Source: Chrysemys picta bellii (Eukaryota). Taken from it: a stretch of 64,000 nucleotides of DNA. Below, one piece after another: positions 1 to 11,370 of the stretch (positions are counted from its first letter, which is position 1; every line of letters starts with the position of its first letter). The stretch lies in contig NC_088791.1 of assembly GCF_011386835.1 (NCBI RefSeq), positions 191,084,001 to 191,148,000 of the forward strand. The letters run 5' to 3'. Under the pieces are notes generated by a model. The model had not been told where the DNA came from. It ran no database searches and saw only the letters and a list, made by a program, of their open reading frames with translations. A program made the translations under genes and the position numbers.

Positions 1-144
1 TCGTGTAGTACAAATATTCAATTATAATTTTTACTACAGCATTTACACCAATTATACGCTTTCACATAATTAAACAAATTATCAAATGGTGTGCTGTACT
101 CTCAGGAGAAATAAGACTAAATACAAGCACCGTTTCACATTTAG

Positions 145-154
145 TTTATTTATT
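145..154 (-). terminator. Candidate intronic polyadenylation signal (overlapping twin AATAAA) in GART intron 11
   Basis: Plus-strand TTTATTTATT reads AATAAATAAA on minus. TGTA motifs lie upstream (plus TACA at 160-163 and 174-177) and a GT/T-rich tract downstream (minus GGTGCTTGTATTTAGTCTTATTTCT). Confidence 0.5.
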
Positions 155-1013
155 GTTTATACATAGATGACTTTACAATAGACTAATCAAACAGTACTCT
201 AGTAGCAAAATAGAGACTCTTACTAACGCAGCCTCTTATACTTTGCATAATGGTCTATTACCAAAAGTTATTATGGCTGTTAATGAACTGGGGAAGAGGC
301 AGATTGAGAAAAAATGCTCCATATCTGGTAACATCAGTTAAAAAATTTGCAAGAGGTTCCTGACTACATCAAAAGGCAGCAGTCAAGAATAGCAAGAGAC
401 ACTGCTCAAAACAAAAACAAAAAACCCACCTTCCCAGGATTAATAAACCCGTGTCTCGCAGAACTATTTCAAAATAAGTTACAAATTATAAGCTGGTTGT
501 CAGTCAAAACCCAATAAAGCAGGAGTTGCAAAGCTTCTTGCTCCTTTTACACACATTTTAATAACACTAAGAATGAATCCAATGAAACAATCCACTAACA
601 TTTCTCCCATAAACAGATAAGATGACTCTAATGTTAGACTAATGGGAAATACAAATTTAGTGCAGGAGAAAGTTACTGTTTTAAGAACCTTGGAAACTGA
701 AGTCCCCCATACACAGAATAGGCATAGTACAGGCAGCAGCAGTGTAAGTTACCCTAAACTTGCTTGTCAGTGTTGTTTATCCCAGACCTGGAAGAATCAG
801 CTCTAGGTTGAGAGAGTAATTCAGTTTCCAAACCCAGTCAGTTGCTGGCTTCTCTTGCTGAGATTACTACAGAAATGCCAACCGTAAATTGCTACCTGCA
901 TCTGGGTACATCAGAAGCTAGCTGGAGACACCAAGTTAAGTGATCTCTTGAGTTACCGATGTCTTCTGATCACTAATAACAATCAATTTCAGGCAGTGCC
1001 TTCAGATATATAC

Positions 1014-1245
1014 CTGGAATTGCTGAGGAAAGCTATAGCCCGATAACCAATGTCCTTTCTGTAAATGGCACCCTTGAAGTGTATGGCTGCTACTCCTTTG
1101 TTGGCTTCTCCCAGTGCTGCCATCAGATCCTTCTTGATAGCCGTTACCGTAAGGACTCTTCCACCATTAGTCACTACTTTGCCATCCTTTACTGCCGTGC
1201 CTGCATGGAACACCTCCAGCCCTAGTTCTTTAGCCTTAGAAAGTC
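1014..1245 (-). CDS. GART: GART exon 11, last GARS-domain exon (GLSKAKELGLEVFHAGT...YRKDIGYRAIAFLSNSR)
   Basis: Translation matches the GARS C-terminus. Boundaries cag|GAC and CAG|gtatat; 232 nt, matching the recalled human exon size. Confidence 0.96.
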
Positions 1246-1570
1246 CTGTAATATTTTACAATATAAATATAATCAATCATTTAAAATACTTTGATCACCT
1301 ATTATTAATTATTTGTATTCCAGTAGTCCCTAGGAACCCCAATCAAGAATCAAGATGGATTGTGCAGGCCCACATAACCACTCTGGTAACTAAATACATA
1401 CAAAGAAGCTAAATTCTGTGGACAGACAAATGTGTTCGCTAAATGCCCTGCGACGTGGAAGGAGGCATTTAGCTGAGACATCTGCTTACAGATTTAATTT
1501 TTAGTTGTATTTTGCATTACTCTACTCTTAGTTATGACCTTGAGTGACCAAAACAGATCAGCATGTTGCT

Positions 1571-2366
1571 GGGTAGGTACACCCTGCCACGGGGCGTCAG
1601 GTCACGTGTGGTCCAAAAGAACGGAAAAGGCTGTACCGCAGCCAGTTAGTTCTTATACTAATGACCTTTACTGGTCATGATAGTTTGGTGTCTAGTGGCT
1701 GGTGTCAATAGGGTGGCCCTTCTTGTCAGGGTAGCATGGTCTAATGGCCAGAGTCAGTAGCGGGCCCTTCCACTCGGGGCAATGTGGTCCAATGGCCCGA
1801 GGCAGTAAATGGCCCTTCTACAAGGAGCTGTGTGGCATAATGGCCAGAGTCAGCGTAGTAGCCCACCTCATTGAGATTGCATTGCCTGTTGGCCCGTTGG
1901 GGGAGTGGGGTGCCACTCTGGGGTGTGTGGCACTCTGGGTAATGGGACTCAGGCCCTCCCTGATCCTCTGAGTCACAGCCCCGGGCTGTGTCGGTGGTGG
2001 GAGTGCTCACCACTGAGCCAGCAGGGATCCTCCCGAAACACTGACTGGTTCCCCAGTTCGCTCAGCATCAAAAAGTTTATGTTCCCTGGGCTGCTTCTTA
2101 CCCTTTCCCCCTTGTTGAAGCTCCCCAGGTCTTCTGGGGTCATCAAATGGCCAGGCTCCCACCAGTGCAGCCCCTTTTCGAGGCTCGTCGGGCAGCCTGG
2201 AGTCTGTCTGGCACTCTGCGAGCCCCGGCCCCACAGTCAGGGCCTGTAGTAACTCCCTGGAAAGAGCTCATAGCCCGAGTCCTTCCCCTCCAGCAGCCTG
2301 CTTAGACTGAGCTGGGCTGCTACCTTTTATATGCTGGGGCTGGTGCAGGGTAGGTACGCCGTCACA
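1571..2366. mobile_element. LTR-like / interspersed repeat remnant in GART intron 10
   Basis: GC-rich block in an AT-rich intron. Minus strand starts TGTGAC and has a TATAAAAG box. GGGTAGGTAC occurs at both ends (1571-1580, 2348-2357) and TAATGGCCAGAGTCAG is duplicated internally (1742, 1839). Family not identified. Confidence 0.4.
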
Positions 2367-2604
2367 CAGCACCAAAACAACAACGCGCAGTGATGAATTT
2401 AATACTATCCTCAGGTTTCACAGCACCTCAACAACATTCCATATTTAAAAAACATAGGAGGACCAGAAAAAGAGGATGTAATGAGTGGGATATGCTGCAA
2501 TTGTCACCACAATGCTTATAATATGAGAGAAAAGTATCAGTTTTCCTTCCCAGTCTGAACTTTATATGAAAGGAAAGACATTCTATTTGACTAATGAAAG
2601 CTAA

Positions 2605-2606
<2 letters not shown>

Positions 2607-2643
<37 letters not shown>
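2607..2643. repeat. (GT)n microsatellite
   Basis: Pure GT run of about 18 units. Confidence 0.97.
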
Positions 2644-2646
<3 letters not shown>

Positions 2647-2773
2647 ATTCAGTTGTCTCTTGCTGACGCAGAGTCATAAATAGTGTCGTTTCCAAACCTC
2701 GATATTACATAGATTAATTTATGCAAGATATACGGGTGAAAACTTCTTGCATAGTTACTCCTGTTGTCTTTAC

Positions 2774-2942
2774 CTGTTATTTCCAAGCCCTTGGCATAGT
2801 TTCCTGGATAACCTTCACTAGCCATGACCACAGTCATGGCTGCACTGTCTTCAGACCAAACAGGCATGGAACTAGACAGCTTTCTATTGATTGTCGCTTG
2901 TATAACTTCATACAAATCACTCTTCAATAATGGAAGGATTAC
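2774..2942 (-). CDS. GART: GART exon 10 (VILPLLKSDLYEVIQ...GYPGNYAKGLEITG)
   Basis: Translation matches GARS; tag|GTA and CAG|gtaaag boundaries; 169 nt. Confidence 0.96.
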
Positions 2943-3030
2943 CTACAAAAATATAGACAAGTTTAAAAGACACTAAGGTTGAATTAAGTCCCAAATTTAG
3001 ACTTTTTAAGAACACAGATTTTATAAAAAA

Positions 3031-4719
3031 AAGACAGTTACCTTTTCCGTAACTGGTGTTCTTTGAGATATGTTGCTCATGTCCATTCAACTTAGATGTG
3101 CGTGCCGGCCACGTGCATCAGTGCCGAAAGTTTTCCTCTCAGCAGTATTAGTAGGGCACCGGCTCCCCCTGGAGTGGCGCCCGTATGCTGCAGTATATAG
3201 GGAGTTGACGGTTCCCCCCACCCTCAGTTGGGTGCCGGTCACTTCGCCTGGAGACCGGTGCCAGTCACTCTGCCTGGAGTCCAATCTGGAGCGGGATCTT
3301 AGGGACCGGTGGCGCTTGACGGATCCGCGACTGCTTGAATCCAGCAATCTAGGTCTCGCACTTAACGAGCGGTAATGGGATGAGGAGCGGGATTGGAAGT
3401 CGGAATGGGCCTGGTGTTGGGAAGTGCCCACACATGGTGATGCCCTCCTAGGGATCGGCGATGCTTCGAGGAATGGTGACATTGATCCCTCGATGGGTCC
3501 CTGGAGCGGTACCATGGTCTCGGAGATACTGCGTGCTGGGACTGATACTCCTGCCGGGGGGGGGGGGGGGGGGGGGAAGGGGGAGGTGCATGCCTCCAAA
3601 GGTCTGCACCCAGTGGCCGATGAGCTGTGCCTTGAGCCACTCTGCCTGTGCCCTAGGTCTGGGGACTGAATAGGGCTGCGCTGCATCTGCCTTTCACGGT
3701 CAGATGCGAGGCGGCTATAGAGGGCGAGCGCTGGTGGGCTGGTGGTACCGCTGAGGTGGGGATGGAAGCTGTCCGAACGCGAGTTTACCCCATGACCGGG
3801 GAACTGCAGGAGCTGGTGTGGGTGGCACCGGGAGGGACATGATCTCCTGTGCCACCTGAGGGCCTCTGGCGTAGACGGCACCTGGAGCTGACGGAGGCCT
3901 CTGCCACTATCTGGGGTAGCTGGTGGGGAGCGGGTTGGGCTACATCGCTCCATTGGAGCTTGGGCCCGAGATCCCGACGTGGGTGAAGAGTTGCCCGGCA
4001 TGGGACCTTGCTCACACCCAGTCTTATCCTTTCCCTTGCGGGAGGCTGGAGACTGGCCTCGCACTGCCTTCTTGGTTAGAGCCATGGATGGGGACCGGTG
4101 CTGGCCCGTGGACGGTCCCGGTGGGGCGCTGCGTACCAAGGTCACGGTACTCGGTGCTGATTCGGAGCACTGCTCCGGTGCCGGGGTGACGAATATCATG
4201 CTCCTTCTTAGTCCTTGGCTTGAAGGACTTGCAAATTTTGCACTTCTCTCTAACGTGTCCGTCACCCAAGCAACACAGACAACTGCTGTGTGGGCCACTA
4301 ACGGGCATGGGCCTCTTGCAGTGATCACAGGGCTTAAAGCTTGGGGACCAGGGCAAGCCCCATCCCGAGGCAAAATTCCGTTTGGGACCTATGAAGTGTC
4401 TAACTATGGCTAAGGGATTTATTAACACTAACAGAAAACTATGTACACTAGAATACAAGCGATAACTAGTTTGTATGAATGAGCAGCAATAGCACTAGCT
4501 GAAGGAGCAACAGTTCCAGCAACGTCACTGGCGGCAAGAAGGAACCGAGGGTGGGTGGAACCGGCAGTGCCCTATATACCGCGGCATGTGTGCGCCACTC
4601 CAGGGGGCGCCAGAGCCAGTCTCCTACGGATACCGCTGAGGGAAAAACTTCTGGCACCAGTGCACGTGGCGAGCACACACACCTAAGTTGAATGGACATG
4701 AGCAAGCACTCGAAGAACT
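3031..4719 (-). mobile_element. DIRS1-like (tyrosine-recombinase) retrotransposon, internally deleted, with degenerate gag
   Basis: About 140-bp imperfect inverted terminal repeats (TTGCTCATGTCCATTCAACTTAG at ~3074 and in reverse at ~4684-4706). Minus-strand Cys/His motif CDHC..H..CLCCLG..H...CKIC is typical of DIRS gag. No RT or YR region is present. Confidence 0.8.
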
Positions 4720-5481
4720 TAAAGCTGATGAGAGAAATTCCAAGTAAGTATTTTTTAACAAAGTAAACACTCCCCTGAAGTGTTTGCTACTCAAATCATT
4801 GTACACAAGAACCAGAAAATGAGACTAACTAGAGACTGAATATGAACAAGAGTAAAAGTGGCTGGTCTATTTATGTCATCCATATGGAGTGAAATGTAAT
4901 TAAACAATCTGCATTAATGGTGAACTCTAAATTACTAAAAATAATATTTGCAAATCCTTACATTGGCTTTACTTATATGAGTGTCTGGTCACCAAAGGGA
5001 ATACATATGTATCTTCTCACCAATGTGATTAGAGGGTTCACAATCTGGTCCTACATAACATTTAACCTGACAGTCTTTCTTCAAAATTTGAACACTGTAA
5101 TATAAATTCAGATCCCTTCTAAAGACTCACTTCTTATGCAATGAAGATATACGACGCCTAGAACTGAAAATAAAGAAAGCAAGCATTAAGGTATGCCATT
5201 CTCTAGATCATAAGCTGCGTAGGTCTGGGACTCAACTTTGTAGTTTGTTCAGCACTGAAAACATTTTTGGCACATAAACACATAGTAATTAATAATGTGG
5301 AAAAATACTAATCTATAACTGTTTTGAAGGAAATTGCTATATAAAACTTAAAATCAAATTTCTTAAAACAATTAGGTAATTATGCATTAGATCGTTGGCT
5401 AAGTTTTCCCTATTTATAATCAGTGCAAATAAAGAAGCATGGATAAAAGTGTGATATATTTTCCATACCAAACTATTTTCA

Positions 5482-5631
<150 letters not shown>

Positions 5632-6205
5632 TTAAAAAACTGTTTATAATTAATGTTGCATTTGCAATGCTATTATTAGGGGGCTGCCAGACCATGGTCA
5701 CTCTAAACCTTAAATTTCAAACAAACATTTGGGGCAAAAATTCTCCAAAATATCCTGCAGAATTTTGTCCACAATCATTTGCTTCTGCTGTTCTTTTAGT
5801 CCAATCACTTGTGGGTGCAAATAATAGAAGGAAGGCATGCAGTTACCTGATATGTGCAAAGAGACATAAATTCCATTACATGCACTCATGCGTGATTACC
5901 CTGTTAACATTACAGGCACAAAAAATTGTGGACACAATTTTGCAGACTACATCTGAAAATGTTGCCCTTACCATTCTTGCTCATTTGGGGGCTGATCCAT
6001 CGGACTCAACAGAAAGAAGTCACTGACTTCAGTGGGCTTTGGATCAAGCCTTTGGAACCAAATCCAGCTCCCAAAGAAGTCCAAAGTATTGCCATTAACT
6101 TCAGTGGCAGTTGGACTGGGCCCTTAGCAGGAGATGGGAGGAGGGAGTATGTTACGTTTGCTGTTTGAAGACAAACATCTAACAAAAACAAAAGCTTCCA
6201 CCTAC

Positions 6206-6293
6206 CAATATAAGGGACACCCTCTTCTTTCATCCCATCAACCGTTTTCTGAAGAATAGTATCTCTGATTTTCAGCAGCAAATCTTTGGAAAT
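6206..6293 (-). CDS. GART: GART exon 8 (ISKDLLLKIRDTILQKTVDGMKEEGVPYIG)
   Basis: Translation match; tag| and |gtaggt; 88 nt. Confidence 0.96.
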
Positions 6294-7161
6294 CTAATAA
6301 AATATTAGAAATTAATGTATTTTTTCCTAGTGTCATACAAGTGCTTTTTTTTTTTTTGCATTGCTTTTAAGAGCCATGCAGCAGTATTCCAGGTATCTTT
6401 CACACCTGAATTTCAACAGACAAAGCAAATATCTCATTATCTATCTAGAAAGAGCATGCAGCAGTACTGACACTATGGCTCCGATCCCACAACATTTACA
6501 CACATGTTTAACTCTACACATGCAAGTAGTCCCATTGACATAATGAAACTCCTCATCTGCATAACGTTAAGTATGTGTGTGAATGTTTGCAGGAAGGGGA
6601 GGTCAAGACAAGTTAAGACTGGAATGCGCACAGGACATTACTGACTGAATCACTGTCAAATAAAATCAACATAGCTATGTTGTGATACAAAGTTTACTTT
6701 TACAATGGAAGAAAGTCAGTTGACCAGAATATCAATCAAAAGAAAATAAAGTAAATCCCTTTGCAAATAACAGTTACCCGCCAAACAGAGAGACCAAAAC
6801 ATAAGAGACCTATGACAAAGGTCAACCATTCTAACTTAAATAAGAGAAAAGTTGATCTTTAACCATTTGGTACGGGGCGACAGGGATTTAATAACACTAA
6901 ATACCAGCACAAAATGCAATATGGCAGAAAATGCAGACTTCCACCTTCACAATCAAAATGTAATTCAGTAAGGATGCACCACTCTTTAGTGCAAGACAAT
7001 CAAGCCTGGTGAAACACAATCCCTTGTGTCAGACTGTCATCTCCCTAGGCTAGAAGCCCTCTCTCTCCAATCCTGTTTCCCAGGATAGAACAAATTACAC
7101 ACAGCCACCCACCCACTTTTAATATTAAACTCCACCAAAACAGCCTCCCAATATCATATTA

Positions 7162-7332
<171 letters not shown>

Positions 7333-7970
7333 CTAAAACTAGCACCACTGGAAATGGTGAATATAAACCCAGTTTTCAGGCTTATAAAACCTGATTGTAA
7401 AAGCAATTAACTCCACCCCCCTAGTAATATAAAACACACATTAGCATTCTAAGCACTTCTCACCCCCTGCTCCCCCCAAGAAATATCAACTTGTGCTGTA
7501 GAACCCTTATATACAAGTTATTCTGTAGGAACAGCAGAATGATACTGAGGAGGCACACAGATACGAAGAGCAACTGGAATTTCCATTGCAGAGATTACTC
7601 CCGAGGAAGGGGAGCATTACCTAATTCTTTTTCCTTCTTCCGTGATCACGAAAAACAAACTGACTTTGAAAATTACATAGCCACCATATGCTTCCATGCG
7701 TCGTAGTGTCTTCAAAGAGCTCCCCCTGCCAGTCTCTTTTGGGAATTAAGTGCTGTCAATCACCGTTTGGGCAACTGCAAATATTGCTCGTTCAGGACTG
7801 CTTACAAGAACCGTTTATAATTCCATTCAGAGGCAGGCAGGGTACCCTTATAACAATAAGCAAAAAGAGCCAAACAACATATGTATCTCAGACCCTACAA
7901 AATTGTACTCACCCATGACGGATTATTTTTGACAACCAAGTAAAATACAATTTTTGCTTTTTCAGACACT

Positions 7971-8103
7971 CATAGACTCGAAGGTCAGAAGGAACCATCA
8001 TGATCATCTAGTCTGACCTTCTGCACTTTTCAGGCCACAGAACCTCACTCACCCACTCATGTAATAGACCCCTAACCTCTGGCTGAGTTACTGAAGTCCT
8101 CAA
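7971..8103 (-). mobile_element. CR1 LINE 3' end fragment
   Basis: TCATAGACT..AAGGTCAGAAGGAACCATCATGATCATCTAGTCTGACC resembles the reverse complement of a CR1 tail. Confidence 0.6.
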
Positions 8104-8768
8104 AGAACTTTCAAGTAAGTTTTCATGTTCTTGTACTGAAATCCTCTGATGTCCTTTTGGCTAATTAAGAGTATCACCTTGTACATACTTAACTTGAGAG
8201 AACCACCAGTCTAAGTTCCCCTTAGTTCAAGACCAGGTCACTATAAAGACGATGACCATCTAATATCTGCAGTTCTGTTTTCTTTAGGCAGGGCATGATA
8301 CTGATGTGGCCCCCGCTATGACTGGTCAATAAAGCAGTGATGGCTATTTTTCATATATATCATATTACCCTCCAAAGCTCAAGTGTGCCTCATCTAATAT
8401 AAGCCTATTTTAGCCCTGAGCGAGAAACCCAAGACCATACTTGGACTTCCTATATTGCAGCATTAATGCAAAGTTACCATGCCATCTTTTTAGAAACTGG
8501 GCCTGAATGTTCATTTATACTGCAGCCTGTTTACACCAGTCTGCCAGTGTTAAGGGGCCTTAAAGTGGGTGGAACTGAAATATATGTCCATTTCAGGCTT
8601 CTCTAGACTGCCAGGATTGTGTAAAGGGGCCTTAGTATTAACAAAAATTCAGGCCCTGATACTGGTTACTTGTACAGTATCTTCTAAGTAACCTGGTATA
8701 GTAGGTCCCTAAATGTTCCTTCGGTAAGCTGTAACCCAAACTCTTAAGAGGACGAGAAGCATACTTAC

Positions 8769-8837
8769 AGAAACCTCTTCTCCTACAAGAAGTTCTTCAA
8801 CAACAACAGTTTCCCCAGCTGCTCCAAAAGTCTTATC
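8769..8837 (-). CDS. GART: GART exon 6 (DKTFGAAGETVVVEELLVGEEVS)
   Basis: Translation match; cag| and |gtaagt; 69 nt. Confidence 0.97.
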
Positions 8838-9343
8838 CTGCATTAAAAATCATCTTTAATTTCTTTTGTCTCCATTTGTCATTTCAAAGAACAATCAAAC
8901 CTTTGTAATCCTCCCAAACCAGCAAGGAAAAATACATCTGGAACCCATCTGTTCTGTTTCCATCCTTCATATCAGACATGTTGGCAATGTTGAATGCTTT
9001 CCCCCCCCTCACTTTTCATAATACAGACATGCTCTTGAAAGTTTATAAACTCAACATTGATACCACTTGGGTTATTGACTGGCAATTCCTCATACCGTTT
9101 TTGTTTTAAGTTTTGAACCAATATTATTTCAGACTGAAACAATGATTCTCAGCCTTGAAGAGCAGAAAATCCACTTTGTTAACACTTACAGAGGAATGCG
9201 AGAACATCGCTCCACGGAAATGTTTGCATGCTGACCATATATTAATGCAGTGCACTGCCAAGGCAACTTTGTGGCTCTCTGAGGCCATATCTACACAATC
9301 ACTTTTGTCGGTATAACTTATGTTGCTCAGGGGTGTGAAAAAA

Positions 9344-11018
9344 TTTAGCAATTATCTTCGAAAACACATGGAAGATGGGAAAGATGCCAGAGGACTGGCA
9401 GAGGGGAAATATAGAGCCAATCCGTAAAACGGGGAATAAGGTCAACAAAGGGGAATTACAGTCCAGTCAGTTTAACTTCAGTACCCGGAAAGATAATGGA
9501 GCAAATAATCAAGAAATCAATTTGCAAACACCTAGAAGATAATAAGGTGATAAGTAACAGCCAACATGGATTTGTCAAGAACAAATCATATCAAACCAAC
9601 CTAATAGCTTTCTTTGACAGGGTAACAAGCCTGGACAGGGGGAAGCAGTAGATGTGGTATATCTTGAATTTAGTCAGGCTTTTGATACTGTCTTGCATGA
9701 CCTTCTCATAAACAAACTAAGGAAATTCACCTTATAATAGCTCCATCTAGGTTGTATGTATAACTAGTTGGAAAACCGTCCCAGAGAATAATTATCAGTT
9801 GTTCACAGTCAAGCTGGAAGGGAATATCAAGTGGGGTCCCTCAGGGATCAGTCCTGGGTCCGGTTCTGTACAGTATCTTCATCAATGATTAAGATAGTGG
9901 CATAGAGAGAGTACACTTATAAAGTTTGTGGACGATACCAAGCAGGGAGGGTTGCAAGTAATTTGGAGAACAGGATTAAAATTAAAAATGACCTGGACAA
10001 ACTGGAGAAATGGTCTGAAGAAAACAGCATGAAATTCAATAGAACAAATGCAAAGTACTCCACTTAGGAAAGCACAGTCAACTGCACAAATTCAAAATGG
10101 GAAAGGACTGCCTAGGAAGGAGCACTGCGGAAAGGGATGGGAGGGTTATAGTGGATCACAAGCTAAATGAGTCAACAGTGTAACTCTGTTGCAAAAAAAG
10201 TAAACATCATTCTAGGATGCATTAGCAGGAGTGTGGTAAGCAAGACACTAGAAGTAATTCTTCCCTTCTACTCTGTACTGATTAGGCCTCAGCTGGAATA
10301 TTGTGTCCAATTCTGGGTGCCACATTTCAGGAAAGATGTGGACAAATTAGAGAAAGTCCAAAGGAGAGCAACAAAAATGATTAAAGGTCTAGAAAACGTG
10401 ACCTATGAGGAAAAATTGAAAAAAAAAATGAGTTTGTTTAGTTTGGAGAAGAGCAGACGGGGGAGTGAGGGGGGACAAGAGAATAGTTTTCAAGTACATA
10501 AAAGGTTGTTGCAAGGAGGAAGGTGAAAAATTGATCTCATTAACCTCTGAGGACAGGATAAGCAGGAATGGGCTTAAATTATAAATAAATTAATGGAGAT
10601 ATCCTATCTCCTAGAACTGGAAGGGACCTTGATAGGTCATTGGGTCCAGCCCCCTGCCTTCACTAGCAGGACCAAGTACTGATTTTGCCCCAGATCCCCA
10701 AGTGGCCCCCTCAAGGATTGAACTCACAGCCCTGGGTTTAGCAGGCCAATGCTCAAACCACTGAGCTATCCCTCCCCCCCAGTTGCAGCAAGGGAGGTTT
10801 AAGTTGGACATTAGGAAGAACTTCCTAACTGTCAGGTAGTTAAGCAGTGGAACAAATTGCCTAGGGAGGTTGTGGAATCTCTGTCATTGGAGGTTTTTTT
10901 AAGAACAGGTTAGACAAACGCCTGTCAGGAATGGTTTAAGGACTATTACTAGTCTGCCTTGAGTGCACGGGACTGGACTAGATGACCTCTTGAGGTCCCT
11001 TCCAGTCTATGAGTCTAT
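9344..11018 (+). mobile_element. 5'-truncated CR1 LINE (RT region to 3' tail), decayed, interrupted by a SINE
   Basis: ORF fragment SQQCNSVAKKVNIILGCISRSVVSK...LIRPQLEYCVQFWVPHFRKDVDKLEKVQRRATKMIKGLE is CR1 ORF2. Ends GAGGTCCCTTCCAGTCTATGAGTCTAT. Confidence 0.9.
10582..10780 (-). mobile_element. tRNA-derived SINE with CR1-like tail (tortoise Pol III/SINE type)
   Basis: Minus strand GGGAGGGATAGCTCAGTGGTTTGAGCATTGGCC (A box) ... GTGAGTTCAATCCTT (B box), then a CR1-type tail GGACC..ATGACCTATCAAGGTCCCTTCCAGTTCTAGGAGATAGG. Confidence 0.88.
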
Positions 11019-11370
11019 ACGCTTAGCTTTACAGGTATTCCATTGGGATTAAAGCACACATGTACAGTTAAGCATATGCTCAAGTGCTTTGGTGAATGAG
11101 CACCTATAGCTGAAGCTGCATGTTCAGTTTCAAGGACCTTTTTCTTTAGTTTGTCTTAGCCAGTTTAATCATAGGAGTACTGTTAGAGTCCTGCCAGTTC
11201 TGTAATAGCAGGGACACAAAAAGGATGGAGAAAAAGCAAATCCAAAAGGAAGCAAGTATGAAAATGGGATCTTATTTATGCCCACAGAGATTGTGCCTGG
11301 AAAGAGAATGCTTCCTGAAGGAATCAAATATTGTATTCATTCATACACACCCAAATAGTGTGAGTGCAGC

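Noticed and set aside
3556-3576. 21-nt poly-G run as a functional G-quadruplex
   Set aside because: It lies inside a decayed DIRS element, and homopolymer length is unreliable in assemblies.
3087-4413. 428-aa and 144-aa ORFs as host genes
   Set aside because: They lie wholly between DIRS ITRs and are GC-rich gag-region frames.
8293-8420. C/D-box-like motifs (ATGATA...CTGA)
   Set aside because: Antisense to the host intron, imperfect C box, and no terminal stem or recognisable guide.
10700-10780. tRNA gene
   Set aside because: A and B boxes are present but run directly into a CR1-type tail; this is a SINE head, not a full cloverleaf gene.
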